Shown here in pieces: positions 60,250 through 64,000 of a stretch of 64,000 bases of DNA (within the stretch, counting starts at the first letter, position 1; each line of letters starts with the position of its first letter). The position numbers were made by a program, and so were the translations under genes. The notes beneath the pieces were generated by a model. That model was not told the DNA's origin. It ran no database searches and worked only from the letters and a program-made list of their open reading frames with translations. Location: assembly GCF_902713615.1 (NCBI RefSeq), contig NC_052152.1, positions 52,179,810 to 52,243,809 of the forward strand, in the 5' to 3' direction. Source of the stretch: Scyliorhinus canicula. Its lineage: Eukaryota.

Positions 60250-62934
60250 TTTTGACTAGTTGAACCACCTTTGTTGCCTTGACGTGGTCTTCTTTCTGTG
60301 CTTGTGGTGTCAATTTCTTGTCGCTTTTGCCCGAAAAACCAGTTTGCTTTCTGTTTTTATAGTAAGGACCAACTCTTCTAGACTGTTGGAATGACGTTTT
60401 TTTCTTTCTGTTTCTTCCTGGCATTAACATCATCATACGTGAACTTGGTATGGTTTACACACACGTCTGACTTTGCTATCGCAGATGGTAGATTTTCTTC
60501 ACACAATGTGCTACAGTACCCTGCTCATTTGCTATCTGGATTGCTTTTCATACTGCATGGTTTGTCAAGTGTGACTGCAAGTCCAAATACTTTGTTGTCA
60601 TTGAATTGCAATGCATTGGTTAGTTGTTCTTTGGTTTCAAAGTTGTAGCTTTGTGTAAATTCTATTGTTCTGTAGTTACTCTTTGTGTTCTCAAGATTAG
60701 TTCCTTTTGGCTTATCTGATTCATCTTTGAGGTTTTTAATATCAGTTCCCTTTGGAATATCTGACTGACCTTTGAACTTTGTGACATCAGTTCCCTTTGG
60801 ATTATCTGATATACCTTTGAACTTTGTGACATCAGTTCCCTTTGGATGATGGATGTATCATTGAGCTTTTTAATGTCAGTTCTGTTTGGACTATCTGCTC
60901 TTTGTCTTCTCATCTGGAGTCAACTTCTCCAAGATGTCTTTATTTTCTTGTTGGCTGTTCACAATTGATGTGCTCTCAATTGATCTGTTAACTGTTGCAC
61001 TTTCATTGTCAGCCTATGTGTAGTCCAGCTGACATCTGTCAGTACACCGTTGTCCTGCACAGCTTGTATGCTGCTTATGATCACGTTGCCACTAGTTGCA
61101 AATAAAGTAGATAGACCTTCATAGTCTTCTTCTTCTTCTGGCTCATCATTTGATTCTTCACTGTCCTCATTGGGTGACTGCAGCATCATTGTGACCAGTT
61201 ACAACGATCCTCTGTCTTCAAGCTGTCTGTCTCGTACTGTCGCTCAACGAGGTTCAGGGCTTTGCACGCTTTCGCTCCTAATATGAACTCTCGCTTTGTG
61301 TCCACAATGGCAAATTGCGCAATGTGACTTTGATTGTGCACCCATGCTTCTAGGTCACATACCCCTAGCCTCACTGTAGGCGATCAGCCAGTTTGTTTGA
61401 TCAAAAACTGTCAGTTGAACTCTCAGGTGGTTCAAATCGGAGAGGCTGAGGAGATTGGCACTCGTTCCCGTGACGAGCTTGCAGTTGATTAATGTGGCAT
61501 TCAGCATTACTGGAATTGTCCAATTATTCTGATTTTGAACAACTGTGATTGGGTTTATTCTTTTAGATTCTGAAATGTCATGTGGACCTTTGTCTACACT
61601 TTCAATTATGTTACTATAGAATATATCGTCCAAATCAAATTCATCTCCCGTAATGTTGAGTTTATCTTCTTTATTAGTATATTTGGTGAAATTCATTGCT
61701 TGTTTCATGCTGTAAACTTCTTCTACAGCTGTTCGTTGAAATTTCATCAATGTTCTGCATTGCGAGGCAAAGTGGTTTAACTTGCTGCACTTCCCACATT
61801 TCTTTTCAAAGGCTGCTCATTTTTTTCTTGAGTGGGTGTCCGCAACGTTGACACGTCGGCACACTTTTGACATCATGCGCAAACTTGTCATGCCCATGCG
61901 TAGAACGGTTGACTTCCAGACTGTGCTGCTTTTTCAAATGCGCCCGCGCAACATGGTCATGCACATGCGCAGAATGGTCCAACCTCCGTACCACGCTTTC
62001 TTCCCAAACGTGTCTGTGCAAAACGACCACCTTCTATAGCACACTGCTTTTCTAGCTGTGCCACAACTTCAATGGCATCAACCAAGTTGTGTACTTTTGC
62101 ACCACATTCCCGCACTAACATTTTGGAATTTACATTTTTAGATTCTTGTAACATTAGTTTCTTTTCTCTGAGCAGTTATTTACGGAGCTTTTCATTGATT
62201 TGAGGCACACAATGCTGATTATATTTTTCATTTACCACATTAAACTTATTTTTATGATCACTGTCTTCAAATTGGAAAGAATTATACAACCCGATTGCTT
62301 GCAGTCCAGCTAAATTTCGGAGAAACGCAATTTACGCAGGTCAGGAGCTGATTCTAGCACGGAGGCAGATTAAAAAACTTGAAACCGTTGTTTGTAAGTT
62401 TTCCGATTTAGATCGAGTTTACCAGTCGTCTTGAAGTGTCTTGGCTTTTGCCGACCTTACACCTTACAGGCTGGAACTCGGTGCTGACTTTGAGATCTGT
62501 TCAGTAGTGCGATGGTTCTTCTTCTTGACTTTAAAACTAATCTGACTAACTAAAGTTTTGTTATGCTTTTAAGAAACAAGTCTGGTACCATGTGGTGTTT
62601 TTTGTGTTGCTTATACTCAGGATGGATTTGTAGTGGACACAAAGACTACAAAAAGCTCAGTCAAATAAACAAAGCTAAATTTATTACACTACTTATTATA
62701 CAGTGCGAACACTATTCCTAAAACAAGCAATATTCTAACTAAACTACAATCTACGCTGTACTAACACTTGTCTCATGTACACTATCTTAAATTGTACTCT
62801 GCTCTGCTCCTTGTCTCTCCAACCTTCTCTATACTCTCTCAGAAGCCTGAGAGACATTCCTTTTTATAGGTCTGTTCCCCAGCTCCATCTAGTGGTAGAA
62901 TATAGTATCACATTAACTCTTAATGTGCCAGACA
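60250..62934 (-). mobile_element. Gypsy-like LTR retrotransposon relic (5' LTR, PBS, gag zinc knuckle, protease)
   Basis: LTR 62934-62591 (TG...CA, TATAAAAA, AATAAA); PBS TGGTACCAG from 62590; CGKCSKLNHFASQC near 61780; protease CKLVTGTSANLLS and ILGAKACKALNLV. No RT, RNase H or integrase motifs seen. Confidence 0.82.
60697..60860. repeat. 45-bp tandem repeat, about 3.5 copies
   Basis: ATCAGTTCCCTTTGG..ATCTGA..CTTTGAACTTTGTGAC repeated; reads as 15-aa repeats on the minus strand. Confidence 0.85.
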
Positions 62935-62938
62935 TTAT

Positions 62939-63300
62939 GGGTGCAATTCCCCCATGCCACCCCGTACCAGAGAATCGATGTTTACGCCATTTTCCCACGT
63001 GACGCCGGTCCGACGCCATCCCGCCATTCTCCCAACCGGCAGGAACGGCTTCATCGGGATCTGCGCCGTGCACGTCGGAGAATCCGCAAAGAGGGCGATC
63101 GAGGCACTTCACACAGGTCCCCACTATTCTCCAGCTCGGATGGGCTGAAGTCCGGATGGCGTGACCCTAGGTCATACCGTCGCCGTTCACTCCTGCAAAA
63201 TAAAATCGTCAGCCAGTCGTGATTGCTGACGAAGCAGAAGAGGGAGGTAAGTAGGCTGGCCCATCCCGGCAACCAGGAAGTAACGTCCGCAGCCGGTGAT
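62939..63300. mobile_element. Left end of a further Harbinger-type element
   Basis: GGGTGCAATTCCCC start, CpG-rich interior with the GAGAATC motif. Confidence 0.6.
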
Positions 63301-64000
63301 GGAGGGGGGATGGCGTGGAGTGGGGAGGGGAGGGGGGGAATGGGGAAGGGAGGAGGGGAGTGGGGAAGGGGGGGAGTGGGAAGCGATGGGAGGGTGGAGT
63401 GGGGAAGGGGGAGAGTGGGGAAAGGGGGAGTGGGGGAAAGGGGGAGTGGGGAAGGGAGAAGGGAGGAGTGGGGAAGGGAGGGTGGAGTGGGGAAGGGGTG
63501 GGGGGGGAGTGGGAAGGGAGGGCGGAGTGGGGAAGGGGGAGTGGGAAGGGAGGGGGGAGTGGGGAAGGGGGGAGTGGGGAAGGGGGGAGTGGGGAAGAGG
63601 GTGTGAGGAAGGGAGGGTTGGGGGAGTGAGGAAGGGAGGGAGTGGGGGGAGTTGGGTGGAGTGGGGGGGAGTGGGGAAGGGAGGGATGGGGAGTGGGGAT
63701 GGGAGGGAGGGGGGAGGAAGGGAAGCAGGGAGGGGGAAGGGAGGAAGGGGGAAGGGAGGGAGGGAGGGGGAAGGGAGGGATGTGGGGAGTGGGGAAGGGA
63801 GGGGTGGGGGAGTGGGGAAGAGAGGGATGGTGGAAGGAAGGGAGGGAGGGGAGAAGGGAGGGGGAGAGGAGGGAGGGGGAGTGGGGAAGGGTGGAATGGG
63901 GGAGTGGGGAAGGGAGGGAGGGGTGAGTAGGGAAGTGAGGGAAGGGAAGGAGGGGGGAGTGAGGGAGGGAGGGCGGGGGAGTGAGGGAGGGAGCGATGGG
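63300..64000 (+). repeat. G/A-rich low-complexity tract (GGGGAGTGGGGAAGGG-like)
   Basis: Directly visible; runs to the window edge. Confidence 0.9.

Noticed and set aside
60697-60860. 45-bp repeats (and the 29-bp array) as CRISPR
   Set aside because: Head-to-tail repeats without unique spacers, no cas genes, eukaryotic context.

Overview
Eukaryotic DNA, inferred to be from a cartilaginous fish (shark-type V-SINE/HE1-like SINEs, DeuSINEs, CR1, L2, L1/Tx1, Rex1, Penelope, Harbinger, Gypsy). It contains one host gene: the 5' part of an EWI-family immunoglobulin-superfamily gene (IGSF3/CD101-like) on the minus strand. Three coding exons join in frame: signal peptide 25566-25500, Ig-V domain 1 11460-11083 and Ig-V domain 2 9314-8907. 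The gene continues beyond the left edge. About 550 bp upstream of its ATG lies a 3.7-kb array of a 29-bp G-quadruplex-motif minisatellite. The rest is nested transposon sequence: a near-intact 5'-truncated L1 with a 13-bp TSD, Penelope elements carrying degenerate minimal hammerhead ribozymes (including a 204-bp palindromic mini-element with a 10-bp TSD), two decayed two-gene Harbinger elements and their MITEs, solo LTRs, a gag-protease-only Gypsy relic and a histone H2A pseudogene. No searches were run. Family names rest on recalled motifs, and most repeat boundaries are approximate (+/-20-50 bp). I see no clearly new biological system; the best leads are the ribozyme-bearing palindromic mini-element, the G4 array beside the promoter and SINE tail swapping.
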